The position numbers and the translations under genes are program-made. 64,000 nucleotides of DNA, taken from positions 1,903 to 65,902 of IMG/VR virus record IMGVR_UViG_3300042755_000021. The stretch is one strand, 5' to 3'. This DNA comes from a virus. Its lineage: Duplodnaviria; Caudoviricetes. Position 1 is the stretch's first letter. Every line of letters starts with the position of its first letter. A model generated the notes under the pieces. That model made no database searches. It saw nothing but the letters and a program-made list of their open reading frames with translations, and had not been told where the DNA came from. Shown here piece by piece: positions 17,831 through 27,189 of the stretch.

Positions 17831-18559
17831 TTAGCAATAAGCCGCTACTACCGATGCATCTTTTACTTTACTACCTACCCAGCAATCGCTTGCTAGAGAG
17901 GCCTTGGCACCGACGCCGTATGGCACGTCACAGAAGGCCGCAGGACCGTCGTAACACTGCCATGATTCACTGCCTGTGGTCTTAACCCATAATAAGCCAG
18001 TGGGTGTTACACTGAGTTTAGCGTGCGTATCACCGCACTGACAGGAGCCCATGTTACCAGTGAACGTTACTACGCCTTTTGCTAATAACGCTTCAATCAT
18101 TGAACGCATATGCGTGTTGATGCGTTCGAAATCCATGCGGACGTACGATGGCTTCACATCCAACAGCGGACGGTAGATGTAGCCGATCAGTTCGTTCTTT
18201 ACTGCTCCGTCTATCGCGCCGTATACCCGCTCACGCCAGTAGTCTGAGAAATCACCCGCCTTATAAGGGCGGTATGCATTGCGTCGTGCCGTACTGTAAA
18301 CTACATCGTTAGGCTGACAGTAATACCATGCTTCTGGTATTACAAGGTCAGCTGGGATACCGTGCGTTTCACGGTAATGCTCGTTTACACTACCACCAGC
18401 TAGTGCCTTAGGACGATGACCCAGATAACACGGATCACCTGGCACCAGCCAGAAGAAGTCTAACCGCCGTAACGCAGCCGCCAACGTAACGACATCGATA
18501 GACACACCTTCGTTCAACACTACGTGTACATTTTGTTCCGCGAAATAAATGCTTTTCAT
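17831..18559 (-). CDS. Hypothetical early protein
   Basis: 242 aa ORF behind early-type promoter at 18.6 kb. Confidence 0.75.
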   Translation of the reverse strand: MKSIYFAEQNVHVVLNEGVSIDVVTLAAALRRLDFFWLVPGDPCYLGHRPKALAGGSVNEHYRETHGIPADLVIPEAWYYCQPNDVVYSTARRNAYRPYKAGDFSDYWRERVYGAIDGAVKNELIGYIYRPLLDVKPSYVRMDFERINTHMRSMIEALLAKGVVTFTGNMGSCQCGDTHAKLSVTPTGLLWVKTTGSESWQCYDGPAAFCDVPYGVGAKASLASDCWVGSKVKDASVVAAYC

Positions 18560-18594
18560 AACAGTATCCTTGACCTAGTTAATAGTGAGAGTGA

Positions 18595-18650
18595 GGAAGT
18601 TAGGCTTATGACTTCTCTCCCTTAAATAGTATATATCTGAAATAAAATGC
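18595..18650 (-). promoter_or_regulatory. Early-type promoter + conserved leader
   Basis: TCAGATATATACTATTTAAGGGAGA..TAAGCCTA; near-identical copy at 32.6 kb. Confidence 0.7.
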
Positions 18651-18674
18651 GTTCACGGCATATTGGCTAGCGGC

Positions 18675-19061
18675 CTAAGCCGCCTCACCATACCCACTAA
18701 ATAACCGATCCCCACGATCACTATAGACCTCTACGTATAACCCTTTCGCTAGAGCCAGTTTAATCATCTGCTTAGTACCAGGCGATTTACCATCCCATAT
18801 CGCTAATAGTGCATCCGCTAAGTCAGCCATCTCGCCATTACGAATATACCCTGCCCGCTTACCGTATCTATCCCAGTCAGCCGGCTTAGCCATAACCTCT
18901 AAACCATATTCGTCAGCTACGTCCTCACCTAGTGTGTCTACCCCGGGAGCTTTACCCGACACCACTGTAGTTACCGACCGTCTATACCGGAATCGCCTAA
19001 ACGCTAACCTAACAGTCTGGTATCTAGTTACACCACGACTTCCCGCTATAATAAGCTTCAT
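18675..19061 (-). CDS. SLOG family protein (YspA/DUF2493-like)
   Basis: LIIAGSR..VVSG.APGVDTLGE..ADWDRYGKRAGYIRN.EMA..ADAL.A.WDGKSPGTK.MI. Confidence 0.9.
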   Translation of the reverse strand: MKLIIAGSRGVTRYQTVRLAFRRFRYRRSVTTVVSGKAPGVDTLGEDVADEYGLEVMAKPADWDRYGKRAGYIRNGEMADLADALLAIWDGKSPGTKQMIKLALAKGLYVEVYSDRGDRLFSGYGEAA

Positions 19062-19537
19062 GTCTTACGTAAAACATTAACGGCATCATGTACTGCCATA
19101 ATGACCGCGTTAGATTCAGCAACCTTTAACAGCAGCTGTTGCGAATCGTACAGCGTAATTAATAGATGTCTTACGTATTTATAATTAGCCGTAGCACGCG
19201 CCCGATGGCAGCTCGCTAATGCTAACTGTATAGAGTGTATATACAGTAACAGTAACATCACGATTATAACGGGTATAAACAGAGCAGTCTGTACATCATT
19301 TGGTAAATGTAAACGATTCAGGAGTATGGGTATTAGCAGCAACGTTACAATTAACCAGATTCCTGATGGATTAGCCCCAGGGTACGGTGGAGCCCAGTTA
19401 ATGCTTAGGGTGTTAGGGTCTTTGAAAAAGGTAATATGTCCATCGTCACCAATCGTGTATATAGATCTAAAAATAGGGGCATCCGCTTCATGGTCTAGTT
19501 CGAACTGCATAGCAGACGGTATTGGTACTCGCATCAT
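19058..19537 (-). CDS. Two-TM membrane protein
   Basis: Two hydrophobic segments (IWLIVTLLLIPILL; LFIPVIIVMLLLLYI). Confidence 0.65.
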   Translation of the reverse strand: MMRVPIPSAMQFELDHEADAPIFRSIYTIGDDGHITFFKDPNTLSINWAPPYPGANPSGIWLIVTLLLIPILLNRLHLPNDVQTALFIPVIIVMLLLLYIHSIQLALASCHRARATANYKYVRHLLITLYDSQQLLLKVAESNAVIMAVHDAVNVLRKT

Positions 19538-19589
19538 AATAGGCTCCGGTATTTATAGTACACACATTACGTTGCGTTGTTTAAAATAA

Positions 19590-19625
19590 CGGCATAGGTA
19601 GTGTACGGCCTAGGCCGTACACTAC
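19590..19625 (-). terminator. Palindromic hairpin + TATGCCG after terminase
   Basis: GTAGTGTACGGCCTAGGCCGTACACTAC then CTATGCCGTT on minus strand. Confidence 0.75.
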
Positions 19626-19632
19626 TCGTTGT

Positions 19633-21816
19633 TTAGTAGTAATCCACACTCTGTGCCGAATGCCTAAATCGTCTGTCACGCATCTGCTGCTGCACACGTT
19701 TAACGCGCTGCTTAGAGGCGTCTGATAATAAATTATCTAACGAGTTAGCATCGATGTATTCTTCCGTGAGTTTAGCATCCAGTGATTTAATACGGCTTTC
19801 TAAACGTAAAGCCAACATCTCATCATTCGTCCCGCGTAACGATACGAGTAAATCCTCTATATCTAACCGTACGCGCGCCTGTCTAACTTTATCGTAGTTT
19901 TCCACAGGCGTTAACACCCGTTTGTGAACCTCACCTTCCTTATACTCAGACACACCTGATAATGCATTCTTAATACCATAGAATGCTAGGTTTTTAGAAC
20001 TAGTCAAGAACCACACGCCTAATAACCAAGCTACTACCATATCGTCATGTCCATCACTCGAATGATCAATCCTACCGTTCTTGGAAACCAATCCCGTGAT
20101 CTCATCAATCAGGCGTTTATCATTAGCGGTGTCACAGCACAACATTGCCGCGCGTAACAACGTATCGGAGTACAGCGCCCCACGACTATGTCTGCCGCTA
20201 CCCGCCGTAACAAATCCAAATAACCGTTTAGACCGATCGTAGAAGTGTTGATTACGACGCTGCATACCATCCTGTACCTGCCTAAACTCCTCTTTGTATT
20301 CTATAGGATCATCTACTACTAAGTTATAAATCCGTTTAAATGGATCGATTCCTTTAGTAGATAATATTACGATTAGTGCATCGATTAAACCCATACCTGA
20401 GCTCTTACGTTCAGGTATAACCGTAATCGTAGGATACTGTATTAATAGATCAGCCATGTAACCTGCGAAATAATACAGATTAGCCTCACTGCAATTAGAG
20501 GCTGCTACCACTTCCAATGTAGATGTATCCATAATTACCATGGTGATGGAATCCTTACCTACACCCTCACTGGTATCCATACCCATAACGAATGTACCAC
20601 TAGACATCCGACGCTGGATCTCATCCAGCGGTATATACCAGCGTAACAGATAATTGTCTTTAGATATCTGCACGTGTTTAGGATCACGCTGTGCTTTGCG
20701 TAACCGATCGTTCAACGCAGTAGGTAATGGTGAGGATAACCCACCACTCGTCCATTTGTTAAAGAAGTCACGATCCGCCGCTTCGCCTTGCGAGTTGTTA
20801 TCCCGTAACTGTTTTAACAACCACTTATCAGTATACCCTAGTTGGCGATGAGACAATGTAATGTTAACTAATGGCATTAACCCTGGCGAGTTTTTCTCTA
20901 CGATAGCGTGTAGCTCGCGCTCATTAGTCGCATCGTATAAGAACTCAGTCCATGGCATACCGCCAGACAACAAATCAAACATGTACTTACCGCTAGGATC
21001 ATCTTTCTTACCGGCAGTCGTCGTGAATATCGTACCGTACGGCGTACCAAATTGTTCAGCTTCTTCCCGTGCTGCTGTACCTGATGCTAGCATAGCCGAT
21101 AGAGTAGTCTTAATGAATGGACAGAAAGGACCCTCATCGATTGTTGTAATCGGTGCTGTCAAACCCCGTCCTACGTTGTTAGCACCTGCTTCAGAGTTCT
21201 GTGGTACACAGGTGGTATATACGTTGTTACGTTTATTACATTCTACTTCGATTGTGTTATCCGAATCTGTTTTATCACGCGCTTGTAGATACGGGGGTAA
21301 GTACCCCCGTATCTCTTTAAGCCGCTCCACGTTAGCCACCCGTAACGCATTATCTTTAGTTAACAAGTTAATACGCGTATTGAAACAGATGATGTATAAC
21401 AGATAGGAGTTTAATAAATCCGTTCCTAGTGATTTACCAGTCTGACGTGGCTGAATCAGAAACGGTCTGATGTGCGCAAAAAAACACCAGAACAACGCGA
21501 TATTACCACGATTAGCCCGTAATGGCAAACCCACTGGACTACCGCCCTGAGGCGGTACCCTAGCTACTTCCCTAAAGAAATACCATGGGTTGCGCTTTAC
21601 CTCAGCAGCAACCATAGCAATCTGCTCCTCCGTGATATTAGGGTCATGCGGATCTACGAATTCCAACTCAGGCTGCGTTAGCACTAGAAAGAAGTAATAG
21701 TTCTTAACCCCCATAGCCCGGAGCTTTTCAGCTAACTGTAGGAACGAGGTGTTGCTGGTAGACTCGTGGATAATACTGTTCGGATATTTTCTAAAGTCCT
21801 CTAAGAATAAAATCAT
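19633..21816 (-). CDS. terL: Terminase large subunit (phiKZ gp25-like)
   Basis: Walker A PRQTGKS, Walker B TTIDE, nuclease GMDTSEG and GHDD; synteny. Confidence 0.93.
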   Translation of the reverse strand: MILFLEDFRKYPNSIIHESTSNTSFLQLAEKLRAMGVKNYYFFLVLTQPELEFVDPHDPNITEEQIAMVAAEVKRNPWYFFREVARVPPQGGSPVGLPLRANRGNIALFWCFFAHIRPFLIQPRQTGKSLGTDLLNSYLLYIICFNTRINLLTKDNALRVANVERLKEIRGYLPPYLQARDKTDSDNTIEVECNKRNNVYTTCVPQNSEAGANNVGRGLTAPITTIDEGPFCPFIKTTLSAMLASGTAAREEAEQFGTPYGTIFTTTAGKKDDPSGKYMFDLLSGGMPWTEFLYDATNERELHAIVEKNSPGLMPLVNITLSHRQLGYTDKWLLKQLRDNNSQGEAADRDFFNKWTSGGLSSPLPTALNDRLRKAQRDPKHVQISKDNYLLRWYIPLDEIQRRMSSGTFVMGMDTSEGVGKDSITMVIMDTSTLEVVAASNCSEANLYYFAGYMADLLIQYPTITVIPERKSSGMGLIDALIVILSTKGIDPFKRIYNLVVDDPIEYKEEFRQVQDGMQRRNQHFYDRSKRLFGFVTAGSGRHSRGALYSDTLLRAAMLCCDTANDKRLIDEITGLVSKNGRIDHSSDGHDDMVVAWLLGVWFLTSSKNLAFYGIKNALSGVSEYKEGEVHKRVLTPVENYDKVRQARVRLDIEDLLVSLRGTNDEMLALRLESRIKSLDAKLTEEYIDANSLDNLLSDASKQRVKRVQQQMRDRRFRHSAQSVDYY

Positions 21817-21824
21817 GATCCCCC

Positions 21825-23492
21825 CTAGACCCGCACGTTAATCCCCATAGCAGCTAACTCTAAATCCGTAGACTCGCGTCTAATGAACTCTAGTCGTACT
21901 AAGTCACCTGGGTGTATGGGCGCGGTGATAAGTTCAAGCCATTCCACAGCCTGCGCTACAGTTAACTCACGCACCCAACTAGATGCTGGTAACTTAACGC
22001 GTACGTGAGTAGGTTCTGGTGCGTGTGCCTCTAATCCCGTAGCGTATAGTGGCATTGACGGCCAGTACACACGATCTAACCAATCGCCTACGTTAGATAG
22101 ACCTTGCGATATATCAAGTCGTTTATAGATCGGGTTACCAAGGTCAGGACTTGAGTTGGCGTGCAGTTCAGACCCTAAGATCACATCGGGCTTATAGGCT
22201 AAGAGCGTGTATTGTGTAGCACCTGTGTTGGTGGCTCCTGCTTTCAGTTGTATAGAAAACAACTGGAGGTATCTGTAGGATAAATATCCGCTGTCTACCG
22301 AGTTTAGATTAACGGCTACCGTAATATGTTGCCATGCGTCTAATAACGTTCCATCAAACACAGGTGTGTTCGAGACAGTCTCGATGAATGGCGTAGCGTC
22401 TACCAGTGTCGCTCGATCTAAGTCGTATAGTAAATAATCCAATACCCAACGGTTTAAACCACTACTCCATTTAGGGATAACGAATAACTTAACCGTATAG
22501 GCACCGTCCGCCTGAATCGCTGTAACACGATAAGGCTGCGCAATAGACCGATCAGGTATAGGTGCGCTCACCCCATAGGCGTATTCGTTAGGCTGTAGGT
22601 TATAGACTAGTACTAGCTCAGCGGTATTACCTGCCCGTGCAGCAATATAGCGATCTACCCCTAATAGCGCAAACCGTGTACCGTCGATGGGTAGGGTGAG
22701 TGTGCTGGCATCGTCGTACGTAACACGCCCCTGCACTGAACCTGACTGTAGTGTTAGGTTAACCGGATATTCTAACAGATGGCTGTCTGTTACGGATAAA
22801 TAGGGTGAGAGTAGCTCAATCCCAACAATATACCGTTTACTAATATCCGTAGACCGAATAAAGTTAGACAGCGTAGCCAACATACGGAACTTACTCAGCA
22901 CGATACCAGTGCTAGAATAAACCACACAAGTAACTACATCGCCGTCTGCCACCGCTTCGATTACGTTTGCTACCGCTGGCGTCTTAACCGTTAGATTAAC
23001 TACACCGGGCGTTACGCATAACTCTAACGGTATGTTCTCGCTAGTTAATACACCGCTACCGTTAAACACACCGGAGATCACATGACCACTAACCGATGTA
23101 TCGGTACCTTTAAACACCTTAACATGGTGTGCATTAGATCCCCGTAAATACAACCGTGAATCAAAAGCTAACGTATGCGGGGTTACATCGGTGTTGATGT
23201 AGACGCGGTATGATTCAGATACGTGGTTAGGTCCGGTGCTCAATATGATGTCGTCCGGGAGTATCCCGCCGTTTAGATCCGTAAATGAATGCGGCTCTAA
23301 TACAGACAGATGCGTGATAGAGTCTACGGCGACGACCCGGTAGAGTCCTGTGTCCCAGTCCCATACCGCATCATCTACATTAGGCACGTACCGGTTCGCT
23401 GGTAGTCCTAATGCGCCTATATAAATCTCTTTGATAGACCAGTAGCGAAAGCCACGGCCCTGGTCTGGTAAGACCGGTACAGGTGCTGGCAT
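21825..23492 (-). CDS. Virion structural/baseplate protein (phiKZ gp26-like)
   Basis: 555 aa, follows gp27-like gene; YVPNVDD motif; synteny. Confidence 0.75.
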   Translation of the reverse strand: MPAPVPVLPDQGRGFRYWSIKEIYIGALGLPANRYVPNVDDAVWDWDTGLYRVVAVDSITHLSVLEPHSFTDLNGGILPDDIILSTGPNHVSESYRVYINTDVTPHTLAFDSRLYLRGSNAHHVKVFKGTDTSVSGHVISGVFNGSGVLTSENIPLELCVTPGVVNLTVKTPAVANVIEAVADGDVVTCVVYSSTGIVLSKFRMLATLSNFIRSTDISKRYIVGIELLSPYLSVTDSHLLEYPVNLTLQSGSVQGRVTYDDASTLTLPIDGTRFALLGVDRYIAARAGNTAELVLVYNLQPNEYAYGVSAPIPDRSIAQPYRVTAIQADGAYTVKLFVIPKWSSGLNRWVLDYLLYDLDRATLVDATPFIETVSNTPVFDGTLLDAWQHITVAVNLNSVDSGYLSYRYLQLFSIQLKAGATNTGATQYTLLAYKPDVILGSELHANSSPDLGNPIYKRLDISQGLSNVGDWLDRVYWPSMPLYATGLEAHAPEPTHVRVKLPASSWVRELTVAQAVEWLELITAPIHPGDLVRLEFIRRESTDLELAAMGINVRV

Positions 23493-23496
23493 AGCA

Positions 23497-26154
23497 TCAT
23501 CCTATAATAACTGACGGCGTTAGGTCAGTACGGTTATTTAAGAACCGTCGAATTAAATATTCAACGAAGCGATATTGATCAGGGTTCAGTGTAATGAGAT
23601 AATCATACTGGTGTGGATAAATCACTACGTATCTGAGATCTACTACACGTACACACGGATCGACTGATAGTAGTGCGATGTAGGGTTCAACCCAGGTATC
23701 TACGGTAGCGTCGCTATAACTCAGCGATAACTCACCGGCATTCAAAAATCCATCTAATAATAAATGAATAATGCGGCTACAGAATGGACTAACTAGCGCC
23801 CATCGCTCGCTTACTATCGCTGGATAGCGTACGTTAGTTTCATGTAGACGTGGCGTTAAATAATCCATTACCCGTGTATCAATGTCTAAGGCAGTCTTCC
23901 TAAACGGTACTAAGTGCCGTGTAGTATAGGACTCTACCGCTACCGCATAATCGGTAATCGCATAAGGTCTACCATCCGTCGTTAGCGCCCCGCTACCTGA
24001 TTCGGCGTACCGCACCTGCTCCCGTAACTTTAACTCACCCGCTACTATGGTACGGATATTACGGTCATTACGGATATTGTAATAGTTATTAACGGATAAT
24101 ATTCCACCTCGTACAAAGTCTTGCTCACGCGGGGCATCCGGCTGCATGTGCTCTGGTAACGGAAATCCGTAGGATCTTACCTGTATCAATGTATCCGCTG
24201 GGGCGGTCGTAGGGCGTTTCGTTATCGTTACAGTAGCCCCGTCTATGTAGTAGTCTAAATCCTGTATTAGTGAATAGCCGTCCATAAACACATCGACTAC
24301 GCCAGCCGGTAGTAAATAGTCCTTTACTACAGTACTCCCTAACCATACCGCAGTCTCCTGTAACTTAAACTGGATCACACCCGTATAGTCGGGTGTTAGC
24401 GCAGGAGCTACGAAGTAATAGATGCGATCATTAATCTTAACGCACGGGAATAAATTACCTAGCGCTAGCGCATCATAATCCCACGCTAAGGTCGGTATGT
24501 GTCCATTACCTACTGTACCGTCCGGGTCGTAATAATAGTAATCCGTATCAGTAATATCAGTCCAAACTTCCGATGGCAATCCGCCAACAACTGGACACAC
24601 GTAACATCTAAAGCCGTATTGCGCTAAGCCAGTCGATGTAATATCCGTGTTATACCGTACACCGGAATCGCCGTACGTAACAGAGGCATTAAAGGCCTCG
24701 ACCACGGTCGCCGTATTTAAAGCAGCCGGCAGATAATGTAACTGTTCACGGAGTGTATCGTTACGATAACCTACTAGCAACCCATCTCGGTAATAGAACA
24801 ATCCTCGTTTTCCATTACCGGTCGTGCGGTCAGTGATTGCTAATACAGGTGGTAACATCACATATGGCGCTACCGAGGTCTGTACGGGTAAGAGCGGTGA
24901 CGCCAGTGCCCGGGTAACTGCATTATAGCCGTAGGCTGATTCCACTAATATAGTATTAATGGTTTCTATGTCGGCTTGCATTACTGCGGCGTAAGCTGAG
25001 TTCTCCAGCGTAGCGGCTGACCATTCCGGCACTGTAGTAGGCGTGACCATAGCCTCTACGATCTGTGGATACGACAATCGATAGAGGTCTTCGATTCGAT
25101 TGTGTTGCTGTTGCAACCCACGTTCAAATCCACCTTGACGTACTACTAACATGATCTGCACGTCTGGATTGGCCAATAATGGATTCGCGTGCTGTAATGC
25201 AGTAACGTCCTGTTTGTTAATACTATACGCATTATGGGTAAGCTGTCTAACGGTAGCTGGACGTAGTCTACCCAAATAACCGCCAATATACTGCGTACCA
25301 CCTAGCGGTACCGTTAGATAGATATCGTTATCATCGTAGTAATCAATAGATTCATACGCTGTACTGCGCAACAGTAGATATTTACGTTTGTTAATATCCA
25401 GTAGACTAGTGAACTGCGGTAGATCCGCTAATCGGTAAGTGGTGATTTCTTTTATCGTAGAGTCCCACACGAATGATAGATGCTTACCTAGATAGTCGGG
25501 TGTATAGCCAACGGGTTTAGCTATTAGCCTTCCATCACTATAATACAGACCGTAGCCACGCCCAGTGTATAACGTAGCGATGGCATCTGTGATCAACATA
25601 AACGCCGTATAGTCAGCCATGCTCAACACTGTACGAGCAGCCGACCGTAACCCGTGTGCAGGTTCCGGCGCAGTTAGGTGCCATCCCGCAGTATCGTAAC
25701 GCGCATTGGCATAAAACCGTACGTAGAGTTTATCGCTATCTAAAGACTGACCCATGTAATCCGTTAACGGCAAATGTCTTACTGCTAATATCAGATTACC
25801 GTCCGTGTTCCGTCTTAGGTACCCGTAGTCTACCGGCACCTTAGCACCATTAGACATAAACATATCGACTACAACTCGGTCTTGTTCTAGCACGGCTACT
25901 AAGCTAGTCCATTCATTAGTCCTTAAATCAATTTTAAATAGACTAGCATCTAGTTGCCCTATTTGATATACGTGCCAATAGCTCCGAGTACCATTAATAA
26001 TAGGCAGCGGTACACGCTGCCATAGTACCGGTGCCGCTAAAGTAGCACCACCTACAGGCGTTAACCGCGCTGCTAATAAGGTATGCTGGCGGTCTTGTAT
26101 AGGCTCACACCAAACATGTTCTAACGCGTGTTGTACTAATAAACCGCCCATCAT
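23497..26154 (-). CDS. Virion structural/baseplate protein (phiKZ gp27-like)
   Basis: 885 aa, HVWCEPIQDRQ start; synteny. Confidence 0.75.
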   Translation of the reverse strand: MMGGLLVQHALEHVWCEPIQDRQHTLLAARLTPVGGATLAAPVLWQRVPLPIINGTRSYWHVYQIGQLDASLFKIDLRTNEWTSLVAVLEQDRVVVDMFMSNGAKVPVDYGYLRRNTDGNLILAVRHLPLTDYMGQSLDSDKLYVRFYANARYDTAGWHLTAPEPAHGLRSAARTVLSMADYTAFMLITDAIATLYTGRGYGLYYSDGRLIAKPVGYTPDYLGKHLSFVWDSTIKEITTYRLADLPQFTSLLDINKRKYLLLRSTAYESIDYYDDNDIYLTVPLGGTQYIGGYLGRLRPATVRQLTHNAYSINKQDVTALQHANPLLANPDVQIMLVVRQGGFERGLQQQHNRIEDLYRLSYPQIVEAMVTPTTVPEWSAATLENSAYAAVMQADIETINTILVESAYGYNAVTRALASPLLPVQTSVAPYVMLPPVLAITDRTTGNGKRGLFYYRDGLLVGYRNDTLREQLHYLPAALNTATVVEAFNASVTYGDSGVRYNTDITSTGLAQYGFRCYVCPVVGGLPSEVWTDITDTDYYYYDPDGTVGNGHIPTLAWDYDALALGNLFPCVKINDRIYYFVAPALTPDYTGVIQFKLQETAVWLGSTVVKDYLLPAGVVDVFMDGYSLIQDLDYYIDGATVTITKRPTTAPADTLIQVRSYGFPLPEHMQPDAPREQDFVRGGILSVNNYYNIRNDRNIRTIVAGELKLREQVRYAESGSGALTTDGRPYAITDYAVAVESYTTRHLVPFRKTALDIDTRVMDYLTPRLHETNVRYPAIVSERWALVSPFCSRIIHLLLDGFLNAGELSLSYSDATVDTWVEPYIALLSVDPCVRVVDLRYVVIYPHQYDYLITLNPDQYRFVEYLIRRFLNNRTDLTPSVIIG

Positions 26155-26158
26155 AACC

Positions 26159-27106
26159 TCACCGGTATTTAATTAAATATTCTACAGCCTTAACAAAACT
26201 AGCGACGTCGTCACTATTTTTGTGTTGCTCAGCTATACGCCCTATACCTGTTTTACGGAAACCACGTTCTTGCAGTGACGTAAAGCATAATGCTATCCAG
26301 GTAGGCGGATGCTCTAATGCTACAGACATGATCTCGTTATGGTTAGCACCCCACCACCCACCACCAATAATAGAGTAGATGAAAGCCCGTGTAAGTTTCT
26401 CAAAACGAATACTATTACCTTTCGTAACGAGTGCTGATACAAGATCATCAATACTATACATGCGGTCTAGCTCATCGATAATCTTAAATACGTCAGGCAT
26501 CGATACGTAGGTAGCTCGTGCAATCATGTTAGCGAACCGCGCTTTAGTAGGCTCATCCAACTCGGACGGCGCGTCGTTCTCTAAGAACATGCAGAGATAG
26601 AAATACGCAGACATTACGCTGACGCGCATTTGTATATCAGTAGTTAATGCTAATCGAATCGTTAATGCGTCCGATAGAAAACGTGCGTAGAACGCTATCG
26701 GCACAACCCCTACGTTCATCAAATCGATATAGTCTTGACTGTCTAACCAATGCGTCTGTAATGCACCACGGAGTACCGCTAGGTTATATTCTAAATAACC
26801 TTGAATAGCATAACCGCCGTCACGTAGCTCACGCGTAGCACTACGAACGTCAATATAAACAGTTTTCATTTTATGACGTTCATCAGTAATCACTAATGGG
26901 TGGCCAAACGGCGGAATAGGCGCTAAGCCAGGCGTCACCATCAGAAACCCGTCACTACCTACAGGGTTACCGGAAGGTGATTTAGGCGTAGTAATTTGCA
27001 CGTTACCAATTACACGCTGACGCTCTAATTCATCCATCGTTTTCTGCATAATGCAGTTCTTAATAATCGTTGTATCGTAACTAGTAGCAAACATAACCGT
27101 CTCCAA
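26159..27106 (-). CDS. Conserved virion-associated protein (phiKZ gp28-like)
   Basis: 315 aa, ALEHPPTW; divergent from sheath; synteny. Confidence 0.7.
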   Translation of the reverse strand: METVMFATSYDTTIIKNCIMQKTMDELERQRVIGNVQITTPKSPSGNPVGSDGFLMVTPGLAPIPPFGHPLVITDERHKMKTVYIDVRSATRELRDGGYAIQGYLEYNLAVLRGALQTHWLDSQDYIDLMNVGVVPIAFYARFLSDALTIRLALTTDIQMRVSVMSAYFYLCMFLENDAPSELDEPTKARFANMIARATYVSMPDVFKIIDELDRMYSIDDLVSALVTKGNSIRFEKLTRAFIYSIIGGGWWGANHNEIMSVALEHPPTWIALCFTSLQERGFRKTGIGRIAEQHKNSDDVASFVKAVEYLIKYR

Positions 27107-27189
27107 ATTTTACCCATTAGGGTAATCAATAAACTATTACTATGATGTGTGTGTAACACATTCATACAATCTGCACTGGGAGCATTGCG

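Noticed and set aside
19633-21816. Intein or intron in terminase
   Set aside because: Continuous ORF of the expected size, without intein splice motifs
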